Of a DNA stretch of 64,000 nucleotides, positions 27,543 through 37,734 are shown one piece after another; the first letter of the stretch is position 1, and the number at the start of each line of letters is the position of its first letter. The DNA is taken from assembly GCA_964429215.1 (NCBI GenBank), contig CAYSAY010000001.1, positions 27,931 to 91,930 on the forward strand. The letters are read 5' to 3'. Below the pieces are notes generated by a model, which did not search any database, was not told where the DNA came from, and saw nothing but the letters and a program-made list of their open reading frames with translations. The position numbers and the translations under genes are program-made. Source of the DNA: an uncultured Gammaproteobacteria bacterium (GTDB lineage Bacteria; Patescibacteriota; Microgenomatia; UBA8517).

Positions 27543-27573
27543 TAAAAAAACTATTGACCCTGCAAGATTTACT
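27543..27573. promoter_or_regulatory. 12-bp perfect inverted repeat (gcagggtcaata-N7-tattgaccctgc). Possible transcript 3' end or operator.
   Basis: Perfect stem with no flanking U-tract. Confidence 0.4.
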
Positions 27574-27596
27574 TTAACAATTGATATAATTGATTT

Positions 27597-28052
27597 ATGA
27601 AGCTTCTAATTATTGGCGATTCGCATGGAAATATTGCAAATTTAAAACATGTTTTGGGGTTTGGGAAACATATTAAAGTTGGTGCAGTTATTCACACAGG
27701 GGATTGGAATGATGTCAAAAGTCTAGAAACTGTTTTTAATTATAATATTCCAATTTATACGGTATTAGGTAATGCAGATATAGATCCAATATTGGCTAAA
27801 AAATTAAAAATAAAAGCTGAAGGATTTTCTGAAGATTTTTTAAAAATCGAGATTGATGGGATTACTATTTGTATAACTCACAACATCAGAAAGTTAAAAG
27901 AAAATATAAATAATTTTGATTTTATATTTTGTGGTCATAGACACAGACAATTAAAAGAAAATAATATAGTAAATCCTGGAGCGTTAGAAAATGATATTAA
28001 TTTTGTGGTTTTTGATACGCTTACAAACAGTGTAGAATTAATTAATATATAA
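27597..28052 (+). CDS. Metallophosphoesterase (YfcE-like MPP family)
   Basis: LLIIGDSHGN...VIHTGDW...FIFCGHRH are MPP motifs. Confidence 0.65.
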   Translation: MKLLIIGDSHGNIANLKHVLGFGKHIKVGAVIHTGDWNDVKSLETVFNYNIPIYTVLGNADIDPILAKKLKIKAEGFSEDFLKIEIDGITICITHNIRKLKENINNFDFIFCGHRHRQLKENNIVNPGALENDINFVVFDTLTNSVELINI

Positions 28053-28054
28053 AT

Positions 28055-28651
28055 ATGTTTTTCTCTTCTCTTTCGTTAATAATTTCAAATTTGGTGCCAC
28101 TTTTTGGCATTTTATTTTTTGGATGGAGTATTTATCCAATCCTAATTGCTTACTGGCTTGAGAATTTAGTAATTGGATATTTTACTTTTTTGAAAATTTC
28201 ACTTTCCAAAGGCAGGAACATTACTACTGTAGACCCAAATCGTATTGTATCTTTTGATATGCCTACATGGTTTGTTCTTGGATTTTTTTCGATACACTAT
28301 TCACTTTTTTGTTTAGTCCATGGAATATTTTTATTTACAAATTTTTTAATTTGGGCTAATTTTAATTCTTCTGATATTTATAAAATAATTATTATGGCAA
28401 TATCAATTTTTATTAGTCACTGGGTTTCATATCATTATAATTATCTAGCGAAGAAGGAATATTTAAAAATTTCTCCAAGACAACAAATGGGTAAACCATA
28501 TCCACGTATAATGATTATGCATGCTGTTGTGTTGATAGGCGGAATGGTGTTATTTGGTCAAGAGTTTCAACTGCTTAGTGCTGTTGCATTAATTTTACTT
28601 AAAACCATTTTTGATTTGGGTGCGCATATAGTAGAACATAAAAATGTCTAA
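28055..28651 (+). CDS. Polytopic membrane protein (hypothetical)
   Basis: Several TM helices. Overlaps the next gene by 8 nt. Confidence 0.3.
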   Translation: MFFSSLSLIISNLVPLFGILFFGWSIYPILIAYWLENLVIGYFTFLKISLSKGRNITTVDPNRIVSFDMPTWFVLGFFSIHYSLFCLVHGIFLFTNFLIWANFNSSDIYKIIIMAISIFISHWVSYHYNYLAKKEYLKISPRQQMGKPYPRIMIMHAVVLIGGMVLFGQEFQLLSAVALILLKTIFDLGAHIVEHKNV

Positions 28652-29201
28652 ATATGAAGAGCTTCTTAATCTTAAAAATGAGATGGAAATGGATGAATCC
28701 CTTCCATTAAAAAAGGGTGCAGGGAAATTAGTATTTGGGTCGGGGAATATGGAAGCAAAAATACTTTTGTGCGGTGAAGGTCCGGGGAAAAACGAAGACC
28801 TTCAAGGACTACCTTTTGTGGGACAAGCAGGAAAACTGTTAGATAAGTTATTGTTAATTTCTGGACTTGATAGAAAAAAAGTATTCATTACAAATATTGT
28901 CCATCATAGGCCTCCAGAAAATCGCGATCCCCTTCCAAACGAAATTGATAGTTATGGAAAATACTTAGATAAAATTATTGAGATTTTAGATCCCAAAATA
29001 ATTATTACACTCGGAAGATTTTCTATGAACAAATTTTTACCCGGGGTATTCATTAGTGACGCTCATGGAAAAAGTTTTAAAGTCGGAGAATATACAATAA
29101 TACCAATGTATCATCCAGCAGCATCACTTAGAAATGGAAAAATACTTGAAGCTGAGAAGGCGGACTTTGAGAAATTAAAGGATATGGTACAATTGAGCTA
29201 A
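28644..29201 (+). CDS. Uracil-DNA glycosylase, family 4
   Basis: LLCGEGPGKNEDLQGLPFVGQAGKLL is the family-4 UDG motif. Confidence 0.75.
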   Translation: MSKYEELLNLKNEMEMDESLPLKKGAGKLVFGSGNMEAKILLCGEGPGKNEDLQGLPFVGQAGKLLDKLLLISGLDRKKVFITNIVHHRPPENRDPLPNEIDSYGKYLDKIIEILDPKIIITLGRFSMNKFLPGVFISDAHGKSFKVGEYTIIPMYHPAASLRNGKILEAEKADFEKLKDMVQLS

Positions 29202-29203
29202 AT

Positions 29204-30847
29204 ATGCTTCGATTTATTGCCCTTTCGGGTACTACAGGAGTTACTGAGAACTTAAATGTTTATGAATACAAGGATGAAATGATTATCCTTGATTGTGGTG
29301 TTGGATTTCCCGACCTTGAAATGCCAGGAGTTGATCTTGTTATTCCTGATTTTTCATATGTAGTTAAGAATAAACACAAACTAAAGGCGGTAGTTTTATC
29401 CCAAGGACATGAGGATCATATTGGAGCTCTTCCCTTTTTGTTTCGTGAAATTAATGTTCCAATATATTGTGCTCCGCTTGTAACTGAATTTGTTGAAGAA
29501 AAATTTAGAGATAAGGGTATAAATGATTACAAAATAAATACATTTAACCCAGATACCGATACATTTCAAATTGGAAGCTTTAAAATTTCTCCTTTTAGGG
29601 TATCTCACTCTGTTCCTGATACTGTAGGGTTTGCAATTGAAACTCCTGAAGGAAAAGTAATACATGTTCCTGAACACAAAATCGATCAAGAATCGGTTGA
29701 TGGTCAATCGTTTGACTTGGCACGATGCAAGAAACTTTCTGAGGGGGAAAATATTTGTTTAATTGCAGATTGTTTAGGTGCTAATGAACCTGGATTTGCT
29801 CCTAGTGGAGTTCCTGTCGAAGAAAATTTGTACAAGGTCTCAAAGGATGCTAAAAAGGCTTTGTTTATGACTGCAATGTCTTCATCTATCGGTAGATTTC
29901 AACAGATGATAAATGTTGCAAACAGACTTCAAAGAAAAGTAGTTTTTGTGGGTCGTTCAATTCAAAACAAAACAGAGTCAGCTCATAAATTGGGATATTT
30001 GAAATACACAAACGATCAGGTGGTTGATGTTAAGCAAGCAAAGAAAATTCATCCAAGAAATTTAATGTACGTAATTGCTGGTTGTTATGGTCAGGTTGGA
30101 AGCTCAGTTTACAGAGTTGCAACAGATGATGATTCCAGAATTTCAGTTGTGGAAGGTGATACTTTTGTATTTTCAGCCAACCCAGCCCCACCATATTCTA
30201 AAGAAAGCCAAGATTTTGTAATTGATGAATTAATAGATCGTGGAGTTGATGTTCATTATTACGATTTAAATGAAGGCTTGCATGTTACAGGCCATGGTGG
30301 ACAAGAAGATATTAAAATGCTTTTTGATATTGTAAAACCAAAATATTTTATTCCAACTGGAGGAACTATTAAGCACATGCATGCCTTTGAAAAATTAGTT
30401 ATGTCTACTGGTAGGTTAAAGGAAGAAGTCTTTAAGTTAAAACCTGGAGATAGTGTTGATTTTAAAAACGGAGTTGCAACAAGGGGACAAAAGATATCAG
30501 TTAAGGAAGTTATGGTTCATGGGTTGGGGATTGGGGATATTGGTAAAACTGTTTTGGAACATAGAACTCTTCTTGGAAAACAGGGAATGGTTGTTATTGT
30601 CTTTAAAGCTACAAAGGATGGAAAGGTTTTGAATAAACCTGAAATAGTAAGTAAAGGATTTGTGTATGAAGGTATTTCAGGAGGATTATTGAATGATTCT
30701 ATCCAAAGACTTGTGAAACACTTGGGGACACATAATAATTTAAATGCTAAAAAATTAAAAGATGAAGCTATTAAATTTTTAGAAGGCTATTTCTTCAAAT
30801 CTACAGGTAGAAGTCCAATGATTATTCCTATTGTTGTAGAGGTTTAA
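29204..30847 (+). CDS. rnj: Ribonuclease J
   Basis: Metallo-beta-lactamase HEDHIGALP, then beta-CASP, then a C-terminal domain. 547 aa. Confidence 0.85.
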   Translation: MLRFIALSGTTGVTENLNVYEYKDEMIILDCGVGFPDLEMPGVDLVIPDFSYVVKNKHKLKAVVLSQGHEDHIGALPFLFREINVPIYCAPLVTEFVEEKFRDKGINDYKINTFNPDTDTFQIGSFKISPFRVSHSVPDTVGFAIETPEGKVIHVPEHKIDQESVDGQSFDLARCKKLSEGENICLIADCLGANEPGFAPSGVPVEENLYKVSKDAKKALFMTAMSSSIGRFQQMINVANRLQRKVVFVGRSIQNKTESAHKLGYLKYTNDQVVDVKQAKKIHPRNLMYVIAGCYGQVGSSVYRVATDDDSRISVVEGDTFVFSANPAPPYSKESQDFVIDELIDRGVDVHYYDLNEGLHVTGHGGQEDIKMLFDIVKPKYFIPTGGTIKHMHAFEKLVMSTGRLKEEVFKLKPGDSVDFKNGVATRGQKISVKEVMVHGLGIGDIGKTVLEHRTLLGKQGMVVIVFKATKDGKVLNKPEIVSKGFVYEGISGGLLNDSIQRLVKHLGTHNNLNAKKLKDEAIKFLEGYFFKSTGRSPMIIPIVVEV

Positions 30848-30881
30848 CTTCAATCACTAGCTTCATAATGTTTAGTTTGCT

Positions 30882-32999
30882 ATGATGTATTTATCTATGG
30901 CAAAGAAGAAATCAAGAAAGACGGATAAAAGGGCATTTAAGCTTAAACTTAAGCCTCAAACATATACCTCTATTGCTCAAGTTATTTTTTTTGCATTAGC
31001 TGGGCTTATTATTATATCTTTTTCAAGAAGCGGTACTCTTCTTAAAATGTTTAACGATTTTATAATGAATATCTTTGGCTGGGCTACGTTATTCTTGCCA
31101 TTCATTTTTCTTTCCTTTGCTTTTATGATGAGTAAAATTAAATTACCACTATCACAACCGAATGTTATAGTTGGATCAATTTTGATATTCTTATCAGTTT
31201 CTGGAATTGGAAAATCTGGGTTTTTAGGTTCAACTTTTTGGGATGGAGTTTCAACTTTGGTTACACCCGCAGGTGCGGTAGTAATATTTTTAGGGGTGAT
31301 CATAACTGGCTTGGTAATTTTGTTTAACACTTCTTTTGATCAAGTATTTAAAATTTTAAAAAGTTTTTATGATACTGTTAGTCTTTACATTTTTGGACAG
31401 AAATCAGTTGGTGGCGGAAGGATCATGGCTCGAAAGGATTTTAAAATCACTGGTTCACCAACAGCTAATGCCCCTATTATTAATGCACCTAAGCCTATTA
31501 CAGTTTCTGAAAAGGCTAAAGAGCCATTGGAAGAAAAATTAATTAGTAACGTTAAAGGCGAAGATGCCATTTGGAAATACCCACCTCTTAGTTTGCTTTC
31601 TGGAGAACAGATAGGAAAAGTAGATAGAGGAGATATTAATGGGAATGCAGATATTATTGAAAAAACACTTGAATCGTTTGGCATTACTGCAAATATAGTT
31701 GAAGTAAATTTGGGGCCTGCTGTTACCCAGTACGCAATCCAAGTAGCACTTGGTACAAAACTTAGTAAAATAACTGGTCTTGAAAGAGATTTGGCTTTGG
31801 CGCTTTCTGCTCCTACTGGAGCTATCAGAATAGAAGCTCCTATTCCTGGACGAAACTTGGTAGGTATAGAACTTCCTAATAAATCACCTGAATTTGTACC
31901 AATAAAGAGAATATTGGAGTCTGATGAAATGGCTCTTAAAAAATCAAAATTATCTGTTACTTTGGGACTTGATGTAGCAGGCAAACCAGTAATAGCAGAT
32001 ATAGGAAAAATGCCTCATGTTTTGATTGCGGGTCAAACAGGATCTGGTAAGTCTGTTTGTGTAAATACATTTTTGGCATCAATTCTTTTCAGGGCCTCTC
32101 CTTCTGAAGTTAAATTTATCATGGTTGATCCAAAGAGAGTTGAGCTTACAGGATATAATGACATCCCACATTTATTGTCTCCTGTTATAGTCGAAACAGA
32201 TAAGGTTTTGTCTGCTTTAAGATGGCTTACACGCGAAATGGATAGAAGATATGAGTTGTTTGCTCAAGCTGGGGCAAGAAATATTGATACATACAATGAG
32301 ATGAGCGGTTTCCAAGCACTTCCTTACATTGTTCTTTTGATTGATGAACTTGCCGATGTTATGCTTTTGGCACCAGTTGAAGTTGAAGACGCAATTACAA
32401 GAATTGCACAGATGAGTCGTGCCGTTGGTATACACATGGTTCTTGCTACACAAAGGCCATCTGTAAACGTTATAACTGGATTAATTAAAGCTAATATCCC
32501 TACTAGAATTGCATTTGCAGTTTCATCACAAATAGATTCTAGGGTTATCATGGATACACAAGGTGCTGAAAAATTGTTGGGTAAAGGAGATATGCTGTTT
32601 TTACCTCCAGACCAAGCAAAACCTGCAAGAATTCAAGGAGCTTTTATTAATGATGAAGAAGTCAAAAAACTTGTCAATTTTATTAAAAATCAAGGAGTTC
32701 CAGTTCAATATACAGAAGAGGTTACTACTCAAACTAAATCTGGCAATCCTACAGTTCCCGGTGTTCAGGGTGAAACAGATAATTTATTTGCAGAAGCAAT
32801 TAAAATTGTGTGTCAGTATGACAGAGCATCTGCCTCATTGTTACAAAGAAGATTATCAATTGGCTATGCTCGTGCAGCTAGGGTAATTGATCAACTACAA
32901 GATGCAGGTGTAATTGCCCCCTCAGATGGATCTTCAAAGCCTCGTGAAGTGCTTATCAAAAACGCTGAGGAGTTCTTGGGTCAATTTCAAAAACAATAA
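30882..32999 (+). CDS. ftsK: DNA translocase FtsK/SpoIIIE
   Basis: N-terminal TM segment, then AGQTGSGKS (Walker A), then a C-terminal winged-helix gamma domain (LLQRRLSIGYARAARVIDQL). Confidence 0.9.
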   Translation: MMYLSMAKKKSRKTDKRAFKLKLKPQTYTSIAQVIFFALAGLIIISFSRSGTLLKMFNDFIMNIFGWATLFLPFIFLSFAFMMSKIKLPLSQPNVIVGSILIFLSVSGIGKSGFLGSTFWDGVSTLVTPAGAVVIFLGVIITGLVILFNTSFDQVFKILKSFYDTVSLYIFGQKSVGGGRIMARKDFKITGSPTANAPIINAPKPITVSEKAKEPLEEKLISNVKGEDAIWKYPPLSLLSGEQIGKVDRGDINGNADIIEKTLESFGITANIVEVNLGPAVTQYAIQVALGTKLSKITGLERDLALALSAPTGAIRIEAPIPGRNLVGIELPNKSPEFVPIKRILESDEMALKKSKLSVTLGLDVAGKPVIADIGKMPHVLIAGQTGSGKSVCVNTFLASILFRASPSEVKFIMVDPKRVELTGYNDIPHLLSPVIVETDKVLSALRWLTREMDRRYELFAQAGARNIDTYNEMSGFQALPYIVLLIDELADVMLLAPVEVEDAITRIAQMSRAVGIHMVLATQRPSVNVITGLIKANIPTRIAFAVSSQIDSRVIMDTQGAEKLLGKGDMLFLPPDQAKPARIQGAFINDEEVKKLVNFIKNQGVPVQYTEEVTTQTKSGNPTVPGVQGETDNLFAEAIKIVCQYDRASASLLQRRLSIGYARAARVIDQLQDAGVIAPSDGSSKPREVLIKNAEEFLGQFQKQ

Positions 33000-33009
33000 T
33001 ATTTAAATT

Positions 33010-33633
33010 ATGATTACAGTTGGGCAAATATTGAAAGAAGCTCGTCTAAAGAAAAAAATTTCTTTAATTAAACTTGAAAATTTAACTAAGATAAAGAGAG
33101 ATTTTATAGTTTTGATTGAGAAAAATGATTGGAACAATTTACCTGAATATCCAGTGGTATCTGGGTTTGTTAAAAATCTAAGTACAGCACTTGATTTGTC
33201 ATCTCAAAATACCGTAGCTGTTCTTAGAAGAGATTACCCGCCAAAGAAATTAAATATAAATCCGAAACCTGATGCAGTTTCAAAATTTACTTGGTCTCCA
33301 AAATTGACTTTTGCAATTGGAATTTTAGGACTTATTGTAATTGTCTTAAGTTATTTAGGGTTAGAGTATTTGAAATTTATAAAACCTCCTGAATTATTAA
33401 TCACTTCACCTACAGAAAATGAACTAATATTGCAAAATACTGTTAGGATAAAAGGATCGACAACAACTGATGCTTCGCTGATTGTAAACAACCAACCGAT
33501 TATATTAGACCAAGATGGCCATTTTGATTCAATTATTGAAGTTAACAAGGACACAAAAGAAATAAAATTTGTAAGTAGGTCAAGATCTGGTAAAGTTACA
33601 GAAGTAACAAAAAGTATAGTCGTAGAAAAATAA
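33010..33633 (+). CDS. RodZ-like HTH membrane protein
   Basis: N-terminal XRE-type HTH (VGQILKEARLKKKISL), a single TM and an extracytoplasmic domain. Confidence 0.4.
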   Translation: MITVGQILKEARLKKKISLIKLENLTKIKRDFIVLIEKNDWNNLPEYPVVSGFVKNLSTALDLSSQNTVAVLRRDYPPKKLNINPKPDAVSKFTWSPKLTFAIGILGLIVIVLSYLGLEYLKFIKPPELLITSPTENELILQNTVRIKGSTTTDASLIVNNQPIILDQDGHFDSIIEVNKDTKEIKFVSRSRSGKVTEVTKSIVVEK

Positions 33634-33634
33634 T

Positions 33635-33871
33635 ATGGATTCAGTACAAAGATTATTGGTAATAGTAGTAATTGCACTTACAGTGCTTTTAGTAATTGTT
33701 GGTGTTCAAGTAGTTTTTATCATTTTAGACTTAAGAAAATCAATTAAGCGGTTGAATTCAATATTGGAAGATGCAATATTGGGAGGAGGGTTAATTAGGC
33801 CTGATAAACTCACTGGTATTATGGAAATTTTGAGAAAAAATAAAACTCTTCAAACCCACGGACAAGAATAA
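33635..33871 (+). CDS. Small membrane protein (hypothetical)
   Basis: 78 aa with an N-terminal TM. Confidence 0.3.
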   Translation: MDSVQRLLVIVVIALTVLLVIVGVQVVFIILDLRKSIKRLNSILEDAILGGGLIRPDKLTGIMEILRKNKTLQTHGQE

Positions 33872-33894
33872 TTTTTTGTGGTAAAATTAGCCTC

Positions 33895-35631
33895 ATGATC
33901 ACAAGTAATGAAGTAAGGGAAAAATATTTAAAATTTTTTGAGAAACGGGGACATGCAATAATTCCTCCAGCCCCACTTGTATTAGAAAATGATCCAACTA
34001 CTTTATTTACATCATCTGGAATGCAGCCATTGGTCCCTTATTTAATGGGCAAAAAACATGAATTAGGAACAAGGCTTGTTGATTCGCAGCCTTCAATTAG
34101 GCTTCAAGATATAGAGGAGGTTGGAGATAACAGACATACTACTTACTTTGAAATGTTGGGTAATTGGAGTCTTGGCGATTATTTTAAAGAAGAACAACTT
34201 CCTTGGATCTGGGAGTTTTTAACTAAAGAATTAAAATTATCACCTACGAAGTTGTATGTCTCAATTTTTGAAGGTACATCAGATGTTCCTGAAGATATTG
34301 AAAGCTTTAATATCTGGAGAAAGTTAGGAGTTCCTGAAGACCATATTTTTGAATATGGTGTTAAAAAAAATTGGTGGAGTAGAAGTGGTACACCTGACCA
34401 GATGCCTGAAGGAGAAATTGGGGGACCAGATTCTGAGATATTTTTTGATTTTGGCGAATCTTTAAAATTACATGAAGCATCTGAGTTTAAAAATGATAAA
34501 TGTAATCCAAATTGTGATTGCGGAAGGTTTTTAGAAATCGGAAACTCTGTTTTTATTCAGTACAGTAAAAATAAGGATGGTTCTTTGTCAGAACTACCTC
34601 AAAAAAATGTCGATTTTGGAGGCGGTTTAGAAAGAATTACGGCAGCACTTAATAATGATCCAGATGTATTTAAAACTGATATCTTTTGGCCAACGATTGA
34701 AAAACTTGAAGAAATAACTGGTAAAAAATATGATGATGAAAAAAAGAATTTTAGGATTATTTCAGATCATTTAAGAGCTTCAAAAGCTCTAATTGATAGT
34801 GGGGTTGTTCCATCGAATAAGATGCATGGATATATTCTCAGACGATTGGTAAGAAGAGTTGTAACTAAACTTGATAAATTTGAAATGCTGGTTACAGAAC
34901 CGCTTATTTTAGAAGAATACAGAAAGTTTAAAGTTAGTCTTGAGAATGGTTTAAAGGAGATTAAAAAAATTGAAAAAATTACAGGTAAAATAGCTTTTGA
35001 TTTATATCAATCCTATGGGTTTCCGCTTGAATTGACTGTAGAACTTTTTGCAGATAAAGGACAAAAAGTGGATTTGGAAGAATTTAAAAAGGAGTTTGAG
35101 AAACATAAAGATGCATCCCGATCTACTTCTAAAGGAATGTTTAGAGGCGGTCTTGAAGATCACTCAGAAGAAACGACCAAGTTACATACAGCAACACACA
35201 TGTTGCATGCATCACTACGAAAAGTTTTAGGCGACACTGTAAGCCAGAAAGGAAGTCATATTACGGCTGAAAGGCTAAGATTTGATTTTTCATATACAAA
35301 CAAATTAACAGATGATCAAGTTAAAGATGTGTTTGATTTGATTAACGAGAAAATTGATCAGGATTTAACGGTAAGTTTTGTTGAAACTACACCTGCTGAA
35401 GCCATCAAAAAAGGAGCATTACATTTCTTTGCAGAAAAATATGGTGAGAAGGTTAAAATGTATACAATAGGTTCAGAAAATGATTATTTTTCGCGCGAAA
35501 TATGTGGAGGACCGCACGTCACTAGCACAAGCCTTTTAGGTCATGCTAGAATGATTAAGCAGGAGAAAATTGGGAGTGGAATAATACGAATATATGTTGG
35601 ACTTTCTGACAAAATCAAAAGAGAAAAATGA
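33895..35631 (+). CDS. alaS: Alanine--tRNA ligase, compact form without the C-Ala domain
   Basis: N-terminus VREKYLKFFEKRGHAIIPPAPLVLENDPTTLFTSSGMQ. The editing domain has HTATHMLH and CGGPHV. 578 aa. Confidence 0.85.
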   Translation: MITSNEVREKYLKFFEKRGHAIIPPAPLVLENDPTTLFTSSGMQPLVPYLMGKKHELGTRLVDSQPSIRLQDIEEVGDNRHTTYFEMLGNWSLGDYFKEEQLPWIWEFLTKELKLSPTKLYVSIFEGTSDVPEDIESFNIWRKLGVPEDHIFEYGVKKNWWSRSGTPDQMPEGEIGGPDSEIFFDFGESLKLHEASEFKNDKCNPNCDCGRFLEIGNSVFIQYSKNKDGSLSELPQKNVDFGGGLERITAALNNDPDVFKTDIFWPTIEKLEEITGKKYDDEKKNFRIISDHLRASKALIDSGVVPSNKMHGYILRRLVRRVVTKLDKFEMLVTEPLILEEYRKFKVSLENGLKEIKKIEKITGKIAFDLYQSYGFPLELTVELFADKGQKVDLEEFKKEFEKHKDASRSTSKGMFRGGLEDHSEETTKLHTATHMLHASLRKVLGDTVSQKGSHITAERLRFDFSYTNKLTDDQVKDVFDLINEKIDQDLTVSFVETTPAEAIKKGALHFFAEKYGEKVKMYTIGSENDYFSREICGGPHVTSTSLLGHARMIKQEKIGSGIIRIYVGLSDKIKREK

Positions 35632-37720
35632 AAGTTTTTGGGCTTTACTCATCGAACCTGAGTGGATTACTTCAGCAATTTGGCAAATTGTAGATAAGAA
35701 AGTTGAAATAGTTAGTACTTCACCTTCTACCAGATATGATAACCAAAGTAATGTGGAAGGGTTGGGTTTAATTGAAGCAGTTGATGCTTCTTTATCATCA
35801 TGCACACAGAATTTACCAGAGGATTTTATTGATCCAACAAAAACTGTTTTTGGAGTACCTAATTCTTGGATTGAAGATGGAAATATAAAAGAAGAATATT
35901 TAGGTAAACTTAAAAAATTATGTGATGATTTATCCTTAGTACCGTCTGGATTTGTAGTATTATCTGAAGCTATTTCTCATTTTATAAAGCAAGATGAAGA
36001 ATCTCCTCTATCCGGTATTGTTGCTGGAATAAGCAATGATGTTGTTGATTTATCAATATTTAGTTTGGGTAAATTAATAGGTACTACAAGTGTTCTAAGA
36101 AGTGTGTCAATTGAAGAAGATATGGTGGAAGGATTAAGTAGACTTGGTGGAACACTTGAAAATTTTCCCTCCAGAATTATCTTAATTAATCAAAAAGAAC
36201 AAGAATTGGAAGAGATAAAAACAACCTTGGGAAGTGCAGATTGGGAAAAGATTGGTAATAGTAAGTTTATTCATACTCCAAGAATTGAGGTTTTAGAACC
36301 AAGTAAGAAAATTATGGCTGTGGCTCTTGCTGGAGGATCTGAAATGGGTGAAGTAATTGGAGTGCATGAAGTTGGTGCTAACGAACAAGTTGATACTGAT
36401 ATTGATACTGAAACTGATACTTTACCTATTGAAGAACTTGATAATGTTCATGAGCCTGAAAATGTTACTGCAGAAGATTTAGGTTTTGTCGTAAATAATG
36501 AACCACAAAAGGCATCTTTTGTGGCACCTGTGGTTAATGATAAATTTATTGAACCTGTAAAGTCTATACAATTGCCAAAACTACCAAAATTTAACTTTAA
36601 AAAACCTAATTTTAACTTTAAAGTAGGTAATCGACCGTTGATAATGGGAGGTAGTTTATTAATTACCCTACTTGTTGTTGGATTTATACTTTGGTGGTTT
36701 GCACCAAAAGCAACAATTACAATTTATGTTTCACCAAAGAAAATTGAAGAAAGTACATCTGTAAATATAGCGTCTGATTTAACTAGTTCAGAAATTGAGG
36801 TTGCTGTATCTGGAGAAAAGACAAAATCAACAACTGGTACAAAATTAGTTGGAGATAGAGCGAAGGGTTCTGTGAAGATTCAAAACGGTACGGCTTTTCC
36901 AGTGAATGTTCCTGCAGGAACTATACTTTTATCAGCCGGGGATTTGAAGTTTCAAACTACAAAGTCTGCATCAATTTCAGGTGCATTATCTCCTAGTACA
37001 CCAGGAACGGCAACTATTGATGTTGAGGCTGGAAATATTGGAAATGAATATAATTTAGCAAAGAATGAAGTGTTTAAAGTATCTAATTTTCCAAAGGCAG
37101 AAGTAGATGCAACTGCTGTTGATAATTTTACTGGTGGTTCAAGCCGTCAAATTTCATCAGTTAGCGATGATGATAGAAAGTCGCTAATTAAAAGCTTGAC
37201 TGAAGAGTTAACTAACGATGCAAAATTAAAATTAAATGAAAAAGTTGGTTCGGATGAGATGTTGGTTGAGTCATCAATAATTACTGAAAGTGATGAAGAA
37301 GATTTTAGCAATAAAGTTAATGATGAAGCTTCGAACTTGAAACTTAATTTAGGATTAATTGTAAAGGCAAAGGTTGTCTCTAAAACTGGATTATCAGCTG
37401 TTTCAAAGAAAAATTTAGAGAGCAAAGTGCCAGAGGGTTTTGTGTTAAAAGATGATCAGATAACATATGATTTTTCAGAGACAGACGAAGATGACGTTTT
37501 TGAACTGCGAATTTCTGCTAATTTATTACCAAATATTAATCCTGATGATATTGCAAAAAAAGTCTCAGGTAAAATTTCTAGTATTGCTGAAGATTATTTA
37601 AATAGTGTTCCTGGTTTTATAAGGGCAGAAATAAGAGTTACTCCTTTATTTCCAGGTAAACTTGGAACATTGCCTCATGTTTCAGATAGAATATATATAA
37701 CAATTTCGGCTGATAAATAA
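35594..37720 (+). CDS. Large single-pass membrane protein (hypothetical). The N-terminal cytoplasmic region weakly resembles the actin-like PilM/FtsA fold.
   Basis: TM LIMGGSLLITLLVVGFILWWFAP at mid-protein. The N-terminal LLIEPEWITSAIWQIVDKKVEIVSTS and VAGISNDVVDLSIF look like phosphate-1 and phosphate-2 motifs. Overlaps the alaS 3' end by 38 nt. Confidence 0.3.
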   Translation: MLDFLTKSKEKNESFWALLIEPEWITSAIWQIVDKKVEIVSTSPSTRYDNQSNVEGLGLIEAVDASLSSCTQNLPEDFIDPTKTVFGVPNSWIEDGNIKEEYLGKLKKLCDDLSLVPSGFVVLSEAISHFIKQDEESPLSGIVAGISNDVVDLSIFSLGKLIGTTSVLRSVSIEEDMVEGLSRLGGTLENFPSRIILINQKEQELEEIKTTLGSADWEKIGNSKFIHTPRIEVLEPSKKIMAVALAGGSEMGEVIGVHEVGANEQVDTDIDTETDTLPIEELDNVHEPENVTAEDLGFVVNNEPQKASFVAPVVNDKFIEPVKSIQLPKLPKFNFKKPNFNFKVGNRPLIMGGSLLITLLVVGFILWWFAPKATITIYVSPKKIEESTSVNIASDLTSSEIEVAVSGEKTKSTTGTKLVGDRAKGSVKIQNGTAFPVNVPAGTILLSAGDLKFQTTKSASISGALSPSTPGTATIDVEAGNIGNEYNLAKNEVFKVSNFPKAEVDATAVDNFTGGSSRQISSVSDDDRKSLIKSLTEELTNDAKLKLNEKVGSDEMLVESSIITESDEEDFSNKVNDEASNLKLNLGLIVKAKVVSKTGLSAVSKKNLESKVPEGFVLKDDQITYDFSETDEDDVFELRISANLLPNINPDDIAKKVSGKISSIAEDYLNSVPGFIRAEIRVTPLFPGKLGTLPHVSDRIYITISADK

Positions 37721-37734
37721 GTAAATCAAAAGTA

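Noticed and set aside
27252-27596. SRP RNA, RNase P RNA or tmRNA in the GC-elevated gap
   Set aside because: The short stretches resembling GGAAG...CCAAGG (SRP) and GGAAAG...CAGAAUC (RNase P CR-I/CR-V) are too close together. The defining motifs are absent: GGUCCGGAAGGAAGCAGC for SRP, AGGAAAGUCCGGGC with ACAGAAnnCGGCUUA about 250 nt apart for RNase P, and the tRNA-like GGUUCGAUUCC...CCA end for tmRNA.
35594-37720. Missing C-terminal half of AlaRS encoded by the overlapping downstream ORF
   Set aside because: It is in a different frame and has no AlaRS C-Ala or editing motifs. It has a TM helix and an extracellular-looking domain instead.
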